DNA of 64,000 nt from Eledone cirrhosa (taxonomy: Eukaryota). Below the pieces are notes generated by a model, which made no database searches, was not told where the DNA came from, and saw nothing but the letters and a program-made list of their open reading frames with translations. The stretch's first letter is position 1, and each line of letters begins with the position of its first letter. The stretch spans positions 33,666,001 to 33,730,000 of the forward strand of contig OZ024755.1 of NCBI GenBank assembly GCA_964016885.1. Reading direction: 5' to 3'. Positions 39,166 through 52,047 of the stretch are shown here, piece by piece. Position numbers and translations under genes: made by a program.

Positions 39166-39779
39166 TATGTCAATATTTTACAAGTTGAGTGATGTTGCCA
39201 TCTTCATTTCAGGAATCACTTTACTGAGCTAACAAAGTAAAGCTGTCTGTCAGTTTGAAAGAGACTTATCTAACTGATCCAGTCCCTACAGTATTTCTTA
39301 TTTTGTAGTTGATGTGTGAGTCTACAGCACACAACTCATGATTAATTACACACCTGTCAACTCTCCTCATCTGAGGAGGAGATCTCCCACCCACGTTAGG
39401 GGTGTGTGAGGTATGTCTTCTCTTGTGAAAATGGCTATAGCTTTCGTTATGTAAAATCTCCCGATTTTGCCTCATTTCTTCCCGTTTTGGAGCACTTTCT
39501 TTCACGGTAATCCCCATTTTGGGCTTTTAGAGGTTGACAGATCTGATATTCTCTCACAAATCTAATTGTTTTATCAATGGCATAACTTAGTATTGCTTTT
39601 AATTTAGCTTTCTGGTAGAAGTATGAATTTGCATAACATGAATACATTTGAGTAACGACCTGTCTTGTCTAAAACCAAAACAGACAGTCCAAACTTTGCC
39701 TCATTTCTTCCCGTTTTGGGGCACTTTTTGTCATGGTACTCCCTGTTAGGGTTTTTAGAAGTTGGCAGGTCTGCAATTA

Positions 39780-39931
39780 ATGGGCGGAGGTGGTGAGAGC
39801 TGACTACAAATTGATGAAGCTCATGGAGGAGATGACAAGGACCATGACGAATGGAGAGATGCTGTGCTGAATAGGACCCGTCCCACCCTTGCAAGCAGGG
39901 AAAAGTGGACGTAAAATGATGATGATGATGA
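39780..39931 (+). mobile_element. RTE LINE family A, extreme 3' end
   Basis: Matches 1560-1729. Confidence 0.85.
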
Positions 39932-40534
39932 TTTAAGTGAGTTGGGGGAAATCTGTAGCAGAGAACAAATGTTAATGATAATTATTGTGTACAGTGCTCA
40001 GGTGCACTACAACTCATCAAAGGTGCATGGATAGTACATAGAGTAATGTAGTAGGCAGCATGATGTGGCTAAGATCGTCTACAGATTGGAGTTATCAGGA
40101 AATTAAGGGGCAGAGAGCATGCAGAGTGTCATGGGAGTGTCATATAAAAAAAGGGTTGCAGCAAAGGGGAAGAAGAGCCTTATCCTTATTCTTCCTCCAA
40201 AGTAGATCTTAAAATTAAGTTGAGTATGATAGTTTGAGTGTGAAATGTTAACTAACTTGAAAAACAAACTGAAAGAAAACTGAGTGAATGGCTGAAAAGT
40301 AAAGATCTCAGTAGTTAATGTAAAAGATGACTGCCCTAAGTATTGGGAATGGAAGATTAGTAGCAGATGAAAGGTAAATCTTGCTGACGGTGGAAGATAT
40401 CTGTAACAGACTAATACCAAAATACATATGGTAAACTATGATGAGGATCATGATGATGATGAACTCTAGAGGGAAAGTATCATAATAAACAAAATCACTG
40501 GACAGCATATGCTTGAATAAATTAATCTAGATAA

Positions 40535-40877
40535 TGGAGGCACATGGCTTAGTGGTTAGAGCATTGTCCTTGCAATCGAAAGGTTGTGAGTTAAATTCTC
40601 AGACCGGGTGATGTGTTGTTTCCTTGAGCAAGACACTTTATTTCACATTGCTCCAGTTTACTCAGCTGTAGAAATGAGATGATAGGGACTGGGGTCCATA
40701 TCATTCCACTGTAAATTGGTCGTGGAGGTGCCACGGTAAAAAGCACCTAGCCCTCACTGTAAATGAGGTTGGTGTTAGGAAGGGCATCCAGCTGTAGAAA
40801 TCAAGCCAGAATCAGTTCCCGTCCCACCCTTGCAAGCAGGGAAAAAGCGGATGTAAAATGATGATGATGATGATGAT
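40535..40877 (+). mobile_element. SINE family A, full length
   Basis: Colinear with 3929-4284. Confidence 0.9.
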
Positions 40878-41032
40878 ATGGGAAGAAATGAGGATATGAG
40901 ATTTGATAATGTTGAATGTCATAGATCAGCAAATGGAGGATTAAGAAGGATGGTAGTATGGATGCTATGGCAAATCTGTCTGACCCATTCAACCAAGTAA
41001 AAATAGATGTTAATCATTTAACAATTACATTA

Positions 41033-41415
41033 TTGTTTCTACATTTGGCACAAGGCCAGCAATTACCCAGTACGTTACTGGTACTTTATTTTATCGACCC
41101 CGTAAGGATGAAAGGCAAAGTTAACCTCGGCAGGATTTGAACTCAGATCGTAAGGCGACGTAACTATGCTGGAAAGCATGTCCAACCCTCTACCGATACT
41201 GCCAATTCACCGCCCTACACAATTACATTATATTTACTATAGAGGGTCGGACGCCATGCTTTGAAGCATAGACTTACGTCCCTTTAAGATCTGAGTTCAA
41301 ATTCCACCGAGGTTAACTTTGCCTTTCATCCTTACAGGGTCGATAAAATAAAGTACCAGTAATGCACTGGGTAATTGTGGCCTTGTGCCAAAAGTAGAAA
41401 CAATTATATTTACTA
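41033..41415. mobile_element. Two SINE B copies head-to-head (41033-41216 -, 41240-41407 +)
   Basis: Flanking direct repeats acaattacattat and atatttactat. Confidence 0.88.
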
Positions 41416-41454
41416 TGATATTTTAAGGGCAAAGCAGAAACGAACTAAGAGGGA

Positions 41455-42057
41455 GACTAAGCATAAGAGGTATCAAATATTGCGTTCTGGAGAGGAGATT
41501 GCGATGGTATGGACATGTGATGTGTATGAAGGACGACAGCTGTATAAAAAAGTGCAGGGCAATGAAAATTGATGGAAGCTACAGAGTGGGTAGACTTAGA
41601 AAAACCTGGGACGAGGTGATAAAAACTGACCTTGCCCACCTTCACCTCTCTAAGACAATGTCACTGGATCGAGACCTTTGGTGCCATGCAGTTGTACAGA
41701 AGACTCGTCTACTATTGCATACAAACCTACAGTCAGTAGGCACCTCTTAACTCAATGTACACCCTACCATCACACCCTACCCCACCCTCACTCTCCCGTT
41801 CCATCCACTGTGTCGATGACACAACAGTCCACACTGTAAGGTGGCCGTGTAGGAAACACGGTGAAAAGGCTCCCAGTCCACACTGTAAAAGTGGTTGGTG
41901 TTAAGAAGGGCATCCAGCTGTAAAAAAAACCTGCCAGAGACACTTCTGTGTGAGCGAGACGCAGTCTCCCAACCATTCCCGCATCAAATGGAACAAAACC
42001 ATCTAACCCATGCTAGCGTGGAAGATGGACATTAAACGATGATGATGATGATGATGA
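41455..42057 (+). mobile_element. RTE LINE family B 3' end; a MITE half follows at 42059-42200
   Basis: RWYGHVMCMKDDSCIKKC...GRLRKTWDEVIKTDL...DRDLW; tail ccatgctagcgtggaagatggacattaaac(gat)n. Confidence 0.9.
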
Positions 42058-42486
42058 ATATCTCACAAAATATCAAATCTATGAGATTTTGATATTATTT
42101 ATTTTGAGAACAATACCTTAACATCAGTACGAGCAGTGAGTTGGGGCCAGTTTGAACAGAAAGAAGTGAAAGAATTCTGGCTGGATATGGCCAGTTTAAA
42201 CATGGATGGGTGTCATTATAAATGTCTGGCTCGTTTGCTAATAAATGTCTCTATGTATTGTTAATATTATATAGAATATGCTACAAGCAATACTCTATGT
42301 GTTAGCATTGATGCCAAAATTGTTATAAGTTAGAAGCTTATTTATATATTCTTAGATAAATAGGTATATCTTTTTATTATTGAGAAAATGCAGGCCAGTG
42401 CTGTTGACCTTTACAGACCCTACTAGATATATAAGGCAGATGCATTTGATGTTCAATAGGAACTTTACTCATCTAGGTTGAAGTTG

Positions 42487-43078
42487 TTAGAATGTCTTAG
42501 GAAAGAATCACTGGAGAGTCACTCCAGGTAGAGCCACTACTTCTCTGAATTGAGAGATCACAGCTCTGATACTATGGGCATGTGGTTAGAATGTCTTAGG
42601 AATCACTGGTGAGTCACTCCAGGTAGAGCTACTACTTCTCTGAATTGAGAGATCATAACTCCAATACTATGGTAATGTGGTTAGAATGTCTTAGGAAAGA
42701 ATCCCTGGAGAGTCACTCGAAGTAGAGCTACTACTTCTCTGAATTGAGAGATCACAGCCCGGATATTATGGGCATGTGGTTAGAATGTCTCAGGAAAGAA
42801 TCACTGGAGAGTCACTCCAGGTAGAGCCACTACTTCTCTGAATTGAGAGATCACAGCTCTGGTGCTATGGGCATGTGGTTAGAATGTCTTAGGAATCACT
42901 GGTGAGTCACTCCAAGTAGAGCTGCTACTTCTCTGAATTGAGAGATCACAGTTCTGATACTATGGACATGTGGTTAGAATGTCTCAGGAAAGAATCACTG
43001 GAGAACCACTCCAAGTAGAGCTGCTACTTCTCTGAATTGAAAGATCAGAACTCTGATATTATGGGCAGTTGGTTAGAA
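42487..43078. repeat. 95/99-bp minisatellite x6 with a 293-bp higher-order unit
   Basis: ttagaa at 42487, 42586, 42681, 42780, 42879, 42974, 43073; spacings 99-95-99-99-95-99. Confidence 0.92.
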
Positions 43079-43683
43079 AAGCCAATTTGATTTTCTTAAA
43101 ATTGCCTTATTTCTTTTTATAATGTCTGACATGTTAAATTTTCTTTGACAAGCAATATCAATTGATAGCAGATTATTCTGGTTCTTCCATCTTTTTTTCC
43201 CAAATGCTGTCAACAATATCTCGGCAGCAGGACAAGATCAAAATTTCAGATATTCTCTAAAGTTTCTTATTTTATGCAATAATCAGGAAAACTATATAGT
43301 TAGCATGTAGGCTAGCTTCCCATTGTTGATACACCTGCTTTCTTTGCTCAAGTCACATTATGTTTCAGATTAAATGTCTTCTGCTTTAATTATTATTGTT
43401 ATTTGCAACCAAGATAGAGTAGTAAGTTGAATGATGAGAGAAATTTATGACACACAACACAATGTAGGAAATCTTTTTCTTTTATTATTTTTGTTTGCAT
43501 CAATGCAACCAAATTTCATGTGCAATTTATTGTATATTTCTTTTTATCACAAGAAGCCATACTTATTGGGGTGGCAAAGTAAATCACAAACTGGTGCTCC
43601 AAACTACTTTAAGAAAATTATAAAAATTGTTGCTTTCAACCAATTCAACAGTGTTTATTTAAACTATACATGTACGTAGTGTA

Positions 43684-43880
43684 GGTGTATGACTGAGTTG
43701 TTAGAGAATCGCATTCGTGAGGTTCTGAGTTCAATTCCCGGACTGGACAATGCGTTATGTCCTTAAGCAAGACACTTTATTTCACGTTGCTCCTTCTGCC
43801 TGGATTTGTGACCGGTTAGTAGTATTAGCAATTGGAAAGACCAATGGAAACATTGTTTCCTCGGTCTGATTTGATGAGCT
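43684..43880 (+). mobile_element. SINE family C (also 59508-59710 - and 60490-60740 +)
   Basis: tRNA-like head, ccttragcaaracactttatttca body shared with family A, then agcaattggaaagaccaatggaaacattgtttcctcggtc. Confidence 0.8.
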
Positions 43881-43893
43881 ACACTCAACTCTC

Positions 43894-44046
43894 TAACCCT
43901 TTAGCATTTAAACTGGTTGTATCCAGCCAGAATTCTCTCACCTTGTTCTGTTCAAATCAGTATGAGTGGCTGGTTACAGCCAGTTTGATCAGAAAGAGGC
44001 AAGAGAATTCTGGCCAGATATGGCTGGTTTAAATGCTAAAGAGTTA
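43894..44046. mobile_element. Rearranged MITE made of two right ends in inverted orientation
   Basis: ccctttagcatttaaactgg..ccagaattctct / gagaattctggccagatatggctggtttaaatgctaaagag. Confidence 0.75.
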
Positions 44047-44265
44047 GGACAGATCTTTAGTACCTCGAGGTAGGAGTATGTAGGTTTGCAAACTTCAGGC
44101 TTATGTGGACATTTGAGCTACTAAAAATAACAATGAAACATTTCCTACCACCTTAAAAGAAGTGTACAGTGGATAATGCTGTTCTAGATATCCAGAACGT
44201 TAGGATGGTCACAGATGGTGTTACTTCCAGCTATAAATCTTCTCAATCAGGACTGATCTATACTA

Positions 44266-44553
44266 AACAACAACAACATCAGCAGCAACAACAAGAGCAA
44301 CAACAACAACAACAACAACGACGACGACGACGACAACAACAACAACAACAATGACGACGACGACAGCAACAACAAGAGCAACAACGACCGTCAACAGCAA
44401 CAGCAACAAAAATATAAACAACAATAACAACACCACCAAAAACAACAAACAACGACGACAACAACAATATAAGCAACAAATAACAACGTCAACAACCATA
44501 AAAACAACAGCAACAATATAAGCAATGATAACAACAACAGTAACAACAACTAA
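44266..44553. repeat. (CAA/CGA)n trinucleotide array
   Basis: Read directly from the sequence. Confidence 0.95.
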
Positions 44554-45415
44554 CTGGGGTTTTCTAGATCTTGAAGACTTGCTATCAAATTTCACTGGCT
44601 ATGTCAATATTGTCATTGTAATCTTTGTCTCAGGAAATTAACAAACTTGTCTCTTACTCAGAGTGAAATTGTTATTCATGCTTTGATTACTTCCTGATTA
44701 GATATGTATAGTTCTTTGTTCACATTGCTAGAATCAAAGATCAATAAATCATCTCCATTATACTCCAGTCTATCTGGATCAAGAGAAATCGCTAAGAAGA
44801 TAATATGAAAAACTTATGTTAATCTATATATAAATTTCTGTGATTCTGTCACAACACGTAAAGAGAGAGGAGTAGTTTGACTACCTCTTACTACTCCTCA
44901 CTCTTTACCTCTGCTGCCTGTGTGAATGTATGTGTGCGTGTAAAAGGAAGGATGGGTATTGGTGAAAAACTACGCTGTCTGTGAGTGTATGCGTGTGTTT
45001 ATGTGAATGTATGTGTGCGTGTGTTTATGTGAATGTATGTATGTGTGTGTTTGTGTGTATGTATGTATGTATGTGTGTGTTTGTGTGAACGTATGTTTGT
45101 GAGTATATATTGTGTGAACGTGTGAGTATATATTGTGTGAACGTGTGTCTGTGTTTGCACATTTATATTTATATACTCATACTTATAAATGTATGCATAT
45201 GCACATACACACATGCATATATATATATGCACATATGCATCAGTGTGCTGAAAAAAATTCTAGTCATATAAATGTCTTCATGACATTGCCATTGCTGATA
45301 TTTCAAATGATTTATATTACAATGGATTTATTAATTTGCACTGGAAATAATCTCAGTTCAATTTTTTAGGTTTTCCTCCTCCTACACTCAAAGATATTGG
45401 AATGCTCCTTCAGTT

Positions 45416-45757
45416 TCATCATCATCATTTCATTTTACGTCCGCTTTTTCCCTGCTTACAAGGGTGGGACGGGAACTGATTCTGGCTTGATTTCTACAGT
45501 GGGGTGCCCTTCCTAACACCAACCTCATTTACAGTGAGTGCTGGGTGCTTTTTTGCCGTGACACCTCCACGACCACTTTGCAGTGGAATGATAGGGACGC
45601 CAGTCCCTATCATCTCATTTCTACAGCTGAGTAAACTGGAGCAATGTGAAATAAAGTGTCTTGCTCAAGGAAACAACACATCACCCGGTCTGTGAATTGA
45701 ACTCACAACCTTTCGATTGCAAGGCCAATGCTCTAACCACTAAGCCATGTGCCTCCA
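45416..45757 (-). mobile_element. SINE family A, full length
   Basis: Reverse complement of the family A consensus. Confidence 0.9.
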
Positions 45758-45849
45758 TTATCTAGATTAATTTATTCAAGCATATGCTGTCCAGTGATTT
45801 TGTTTATTATGATACTTTCCCTCTAGAGTTCATCATCATCATCATCATC

Positions 45850-46200
45850 CTCATCATAGTTTAATGTCCATTTTCCACACTAGCATGGGTAGGATGGGCA
45901 GTCCTTCTGTGGGAGATCAGGTAGGAGGACCGTGTTTCACTCACACAGAACTGATTTTGGTTTGGTTTCTACAGCTAGATGCCCTTCCTAATGCCAACCA
46001 AATTTACAGTGTATGCTGGGTGCTTTTTGTGATGACACCTACACGACCACTTTACAGTGCGGGCAGTTTATATCACAACACCACAATGACCACTTTACAG
46101 TGTGCACAGGGCGCTTTTTGTTGTGAAACCTACACAACCACTTTACAGAGTGGACTGTGCACTTTTTGTCGTGACACTTACACAACCACTTTACAATGTT
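45850..46200 (-). mobile_element. Tail-B element with repeated accactttacag units
   Basis: tgtccattttccacactagcatggg...gatgcccttcctaatgccaacc. Confidence 0.75.
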
Positions 46201-46384
46201 GACTTAGTTACATCAATTGGCACTCTTTGATATATGTATATAAGAAGTCTTATCTTAAATCTGTCTTCTAATCTATTCTCCACAACAACAATATCCAGCT
46301 TTTTTCTTATTTTAGTTTTCTTTTTCTAAAACACACTATTCATTCGTCATCTGTACAACATTTCATTTTCATTCTATTTCATGC

Positions 46385-46579
46385 CTTTCAAATATATATT
46401 TGTGAAAGTTATAAAATAAAACTTTAGAAATATATATATGTGAAAGTTATAAAATAAAACTTTAAAAATATATATATGTGAAAATTATAAAATAAAACTT
46501 TAGAAATATATATATGTGAAAGTTATAAAATAAAACTTTAGAAATATATATGTGAAAGTTATAAAATAAAACGTTAGAA
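46385..46579. repeat. ~38-bp minisatellite x5
   Basis: tgtgaaagttataaaataaaactttagaaatatata. Confidence 0.9.
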
Positions 46580-47024
46580 AGGGAAATCTGAAACACATAA
46601 GGAATTGCAGCACATTTAAAATTACAACAGATTTAAATTGATTAGGTGATGTCAGGTGCCTTTCTAGAATTTTCTAAAAGTCAAAATGTGAAAACTGTTC
46701 AGAAAAACCAACAAATTAATTGCAGCATTAAAGATTATGCTGTATTAGAATAAGCTTATGACATTTAATTTGCGTTCAATGCTTCACAGATTAAAGTGAG
46801 TTTGACATGATTTATATTTGTAAAATGATATCTGGCAAAACTCATTTCAAAAACAAGCACACAATTTTAACATTCCACCAATTATCCACAAGAGACCATT
46901 CATCATTATCATCAACTTTATTTTAACACCCTTTTTATCACAATGGAATGCTGGGATTTTATACTTTCCTTTTACAAATTATCGTTAAGGGAGGTCTCTT
47001 GATTTGGGTTATAATAATGCTTTA

Positions 47025-47332
47025 TTTATTAACCACAAGGGTTTACACAAAATGAGACATTAAGGACAGTACAGAACAATACAGGACAGTACAATGGGCA
47101 TTTCTGTGTGTAAAATAAAACAAAAACAGAGGATGTAACAAAAAAGAACAATGAAAAATTCCCCAATAGGGGGGAAACTTCTGAGGGCCATCGCGGAGAA
47201 AGCCCATTAAAAAAAACCACGGTGACCCTGACCACCAGGGCAAGTGCCCTCTCCCAGTTTTCCACCTTCAATTTACAGGCGCATACTCAGGGTAGGCCCA
47301 TTCACTCGGGCCATTCTTGCCTCTCTCACCCA
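47025..47332 (-). mobile_element. Probable Tx1-type LINE 3' end; UTR pieces also at 51830-51980
   Basis: WVREARMARVNGPTLSMRL* followed by a T-rich UTR ending in aataaa; clade assignment is from recall. Confidence 0.55.
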
Positions 47333-47679
47333 TCATCATCATCATCATAATTTCCTTTTACGTCCGCTTTTCCCTGCTTGCAAGGGTGGGACGGGAACTG
47401 ATTCTGGCTTGATTTCTACAGCTGGATGCCCTTCCTAACACCAACCTCATTTACAGTGAGTGCTGGGTGTTTTTTTGCCGTGGCACCTCCACGACCACTT
47501 TGCAGTGGAATGATAGGGACCCCAGTCCCTGTGATCTCATTTCTACAGCTGAGTAAACTGGAGCAATGTGAAATAAAGTGTCTTGCTCAAGGAAACAACA
47601 CATCACCCAGTCTGAGAATTGAACTCACAACCTTTCGATTGCAAGGCCAATGTTCTAACCACTAAGCCATGTGCCTCCA
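47331..47679 (-). mobile_element. SINE family A, full length
   Basis: Reverse complement of the family A consensus. Confidence 0.9.
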
Positions 47680-47704
47680 TCTTTCAACAAAATGCTGATA
47701 ATAA

Positions 47705-47816
47705 TAATTGTTTCTACTATTGGCACAAGGCCAGCAATTAACCAGTACATTACTGGTACTTTATTTTATCGACCCCGTAAGGATGAAAGGCAAAGTTAAA
47801 CTAATGAGTAATGCTG

Positions 47817-47852
<36 letters not shown>

Positions 47853-48227
47853 GTAATAATAGTATTGATTTCTGATTTACGCACAAGGTCAGCAATTTTT
47901 GGGGGAAGGGAAAGTCGATTAAATCAACCCTGGTATTTTATCGACCCCATAAGGATAAAAGGCAAAGCTAACCTCAGAGGTTAGCCACAACGCATGTTGT
48001 CCGACGCTCGACCAATACTGGCAATTCAATGCCCTAATAATTGTTTCTACTTTTGGCACAAGGCCAGCAATACTCCCAGTGTATAACTGGTACTTTATTT
48101 TATCGACCCCTTAAGGATGAAAGGCTAAGTTAACCTCGGCATGTTTTGAACTCAGTCCGTAAAGGGACGTAACTGTGCTGCAAAGCATGGCGTCCGACCC
48201 TCTACCGATACTGCCAATCCACCGCCC
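47705..48227 (-). mobile_element. Cluster of three SINE B-type copies in (TAA)n tracts
   Basis: 47705-47800 partial, 47870-48033 variant subfamily, 48038-48227 full. Confidence 0.8.
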
Positions 48228-48731
48228 TAATAATAATGGTAATAATAATGAAAATTATTGAGTACAGTGCTCAGGTGCACTACAACTCATCAAAGGTACA
48301 TGCATAGTAGATAGAATAATGTACAAATGTCAGGGAAGTAAACAGTGTATGAGTCATGATACACATACAGATACATGTGTGTGTGTATGGAGGGGGAATA
48401 TCAGGTGTAGTGTTGGCAGTAAGATGTAAACTATAATGGTACTAGTATAATATTATTCTATAATTATTCACTATTGTAAAGTGTTATTAGATTGACATTA
48501 AAATACATTAAATTGTAAGAAACAGCAGCGTATCCTATAAAAAGAATTGTAGTACTTATTTCCATCCTGTTAGATTCTTACATCAAATTCCATTCTGTTA
48601 TCCCTCATAAGTTGATAACACACACACACACACACACATATATATGTAGAGGTTATATTTAATTTGTTGGGATACAACAAGCAAAATATTTTTATAACTG
48701 ATATAAAGCATTCAACAAATTATTGGAGTAA

Positions 48732-48991
48732 ATATACAATATATTAACAAATGGAAATTATATTTATAAAACCATATTTATTTCATTATACATATTTCAA
48801 GGGCCACCAGAGAAAACTATGGTGCGCTTTCATCAGATAAAATATAATATAGGTTAGTTTTATAAATAAATATTGGCATACCCTTAAAAAATGCAACCAT
48901 TCTGGTTGGAATCTCCAGAATCTCCAGGTCCTTGAAATATGTATAATGAAATAAATATGGTTTTATAAATATAGTTTCCATTTGTTAATAT

Positions 48992-49000
<9 letters not shown>
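48732..49000. repeat. Inverted repeat (~70-bp arms) in a TA-flanked insert; the insert end is shared with 57712-57800
   Basis: atatacaatatattaacaaatgg...catatttcaagg / ccttgaaatatg...gttaatatattgtatat. Confidence 0.9.
48780..48843 (-). ncRNA. Type I hammerhead ribozyme
   Basis: Minus strand: auuuuau CUGAUGA aag..acca-(10 nt)-uggu..cuu GAA AUAUGUAU A augaaau; 7-bp stem I with one G-U. Confidence 0.8.
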
Positions 49001-49043
<43 letters not shown>

Positions 49044-49140
49044 TATATATAGATATAGGTGTTAAGGTATGCCGAATGAGCACTCGATACTCTTGGGGAG
49101 CAGAGTCTCAGCCGCGAGTCTACATGTTAAAACATATCAA

Positions 49141-49232
49141 ACATATCTGAGGAGCTTCCGATTCCAGAGTCAGGTTCGATCCTTAATTGATCGTTCCTTG
49201 AGCTGATCAACAGTGAAACATATGTAATGTGT
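49141..49232 (+). ncRNA. Type I hammerhead ribozyme
   Basis: acauau CUGAGGA [gcu..ucagg..cgauc/gaucg..ccuuga..agu] GAA ACAUAUGU A augugu; 6-bp stem I, GUA site at 49226. Confidence 0.8.
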
Positions 49233-49391
49233 AATTAAATATGTATATGCTGCAACACTGACTCTTTGTTTCTTTAAATATTAATACTATATATGTATCT
49301 ATAACAAAAATTTAATATAGAAATGGCTTCTACAGGACTAGAAATGTTTTATTTGAAGAAAATCATCAGGAGAGCTGACTTGCAATATAAT

Positions 49392-49580
49392 TGTTTCTAC
49401 TTTTGGCACAAGGCCAGCAATTATCCCAGTACATTACTGGTACTTTATTTTATCGACCCCGAAAGGATGAAAGGCAAAGTTAACCTCGGCGGGATTTGAA
49501 CTCAGAATGGCAAGGGCCGTAACTCTATGCGTTAAAGCATGGCGTCCGACCCTCTACCGATACTGCCAATCCACCGCCCT
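49392..49580 (-). mobile_element. SINE family B, full length with 13-bp TSD
   Basis: cttgcaatataat at 49379-49391 and 49581-49593. Confidence 0.93.
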
Positions 49581-49645
49581 CTTGCAATATAATGTGGTGG
49601 TATCTGTATGGGTGGGGAAGGTGGTGATTTTTAAGGCTGATGAAT

Positions 49646-50018
49646 TTTAACCCATTAGCATTTACATTACTCTGTATTTACTATTATATTTTCTTACATA
49701 ATTTCCTTACATAAAAAGACAAAGTTAATCTCGCCGAGGTTAACTTTACTGTTCATCCTTACGGGGTCGATAAAATAAAGTACCAGTAATGTACTGGGTA
49801 ATTGCTGGCCTTGTGCCTAAAGTAGAAACAATTATATTTTCTTACATCATTATCTCACATAATATAGAATCTACGAGATTTTGATGTTATTTATTTTGGG
49901 AACAATACCTTAATGTAGGTATGAGCAGCCAGTTACAGCTGGTTTCAGCCGGTTAGAAGAAAAGGAAGAGAGAGAGAGTTCTAGCCAGATATGGCTGGTT
50001 TAAATGCTAAAGGGTTAA
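49646..50018 (+). mobile_element. piggyBac-type MITE interrupted by SINE B 3' half
   Basis: atattttcttacat is duplicated around the insert. Confidence 0.8.
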
Positions 50019-50461
50019 GGAATCTAAGTCAACATTACACCTATAATGTAACATGAACCTCAAACCAATGAATTGCCATAGATTAATTGAAGATAATATT
50101 TTCCTAAAATAAATATATCATGATATCTTACTATGTAATTTTTAAATTAATGTTTGCAATAATAAATGTTTTATCTTCCCCCAATAGGTGATTGCAATTT
50201 CATTGATTTTCCTTTTTTTTCTTCTTTCAATATTAAAAAAACCCATTATACTTATAATTATTAACACTGTCACATCTCTAATGGTTTTGTCTTTGTATTC
50301 ACAATTATATATTACTTGTTTTACTATCCTATAATTCTCTGCCTTACTTTTACTGATGTTAGGCATTGTAAGGTTAAAAACAGATTTTATTTCATGACAC
50401 AGCATGGAGAATGCATTGCAAGTGAGAGGTAGCAACTATCTCAAATATGTATCTATGTATT

Positions 50462-50881
50462 CAGGGCCGGTACCAGACTAGCTGGCATCCTAGGCAAGGC
50501 TAGATTATACCGCCGACCCCCCAAAGGAAAATATCACTTTCAAAATTTATAAACAATAATTTTAAAAAGATTTTTTTCCAACATTTATTTGTCCCTGTAT
50601 GAAATAAAACTAGGATAAAAAAACAACCCTCAATAAAGCTGAAATTTATTTAGAACTCGAAGTTTGAAAGCCACGACAATGCAGGTTTGGATGGAAAATA
50701 ATTAAATTGTAAGAAACAGGGCTTGTTTTTTTACCTTAATTTATTCATAGGTCCTGATATTTTGAGAATAATATATTTCTTCCAAGGAAATTTAATTATT
50801 TATCTATTTTTCAAAATTGTTGTTCATTTGGAGAAACGCACCCCCTGAAATCAGTTTGCCTGTATGGTAGCACCGGTCCTG
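50462..50881. mobile_element. Non-autonomous hAT element
   Basis: TIRs CAGGGCCGGT/ACCGGTCCTG; 8-bp flanks tatgtatt / tatgtatg (7/8 match). Confidence 0.75.
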
Positions 50882-51600
50882 TATGTATGCTGGTATGTAT
50901 ATGTGTATTTATGTATTTACTTTACATATTAGGGCATTGCAATCAGGAAAACTTTAAAAGGCAAAAAGAAAAAAGAATTGAGAAAAAAGAAAATGAAAAG
51001 CAAATACGAAAATGACACTATCAACCACATAATAACACTGTTTAGATGTTTAAGAAAATTCTTGGCAAATGAACAGCTTTCTTCAAGAACGAAAGCTTTG
51101 CTTACAACCAACTTTCGTCATGATATAATTGTCTACTGGTGATTATAGTTTCAGCTAAACACAAATATTTTCATATCTAACTGATGTTATTCAATTATTC
51201 AACAAGTTTCTGACTATTAACTTAGATTCATAGAAATTGGTCAACACATTTTACTTCATAATTTATTGTCCGAGCAAAAATACTGTGACAACTCGATCAG
51301 GATTCTGGTTCGCTGTTCAATATATTGAGAAGAAATGGCCCAACCTATGATAAATCACCATTACTGTGGAGAGGAAATTTAATTTGTATCTACATATATT
51401 AGTATGTAATTGTATTTAGTGAAGAATGATTAGCGTTTTTCTCTCCATTTCTGCTAAAAGAGGAAAAAGAACAAATCATATTTGTACTAGTTGAATCTAA
51501 AGAAGAAATAGCTTCCAACAATTGAAAGGAAATAAGAGGAATTAGAAGGGAACTGAAATGAAAGTAGAAATGAAAAGCAAGGCACAATAAAATAATAATG

Positions 51601-51631
<31 letters not shown>

Positions 51632-51635
<4 letters not shown>

Positions 51636-51813
51636 TGTTTCTACTTTAGGTACAAGGCCAGCAATTACCCAGTGCATTACTGGTACTTTATTTTATCGAC
51701 CCCGTAAGGATGAAAGGCAAAGTCAACCTCGGCGGGATTTGAACTCAGATCGTAAAGGGACGTAACTATGCTGGAAAGCATGGCGTCCGACCCTCTACCG
51801 ATACTGCCAATCC
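51632..51813 (-). mobile_element. SINE family B
   Basis: Family B consensus in a (TAA)n tract. Confidence 0.88.
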
Positions 51814-52047
51814 ACAATAATAATAATGCTTTCTTTATTAACCATAAGGGTTTACACAAAGTATACATTAAGGACAGTGCTTTCTGTATTAACCACAAGG
51901 GTTTACACAAAGTAAGACATTAAGGACAATACAGGATGGTACAAATGGGCATTTCTGCGCGTAAAAAAAACAAAAACAGAGAATAATAATAATAATAACA
52001 ATAATAATAATAATAACAATAATAACAACAACAATAACAATATCAAG

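Noticed and set aside
51045-51310. Two plus-strand exon-like segments
   Set aside because: Splicing at the obvious GT/AG creates an in-frame TGA, and no homology is recognised.
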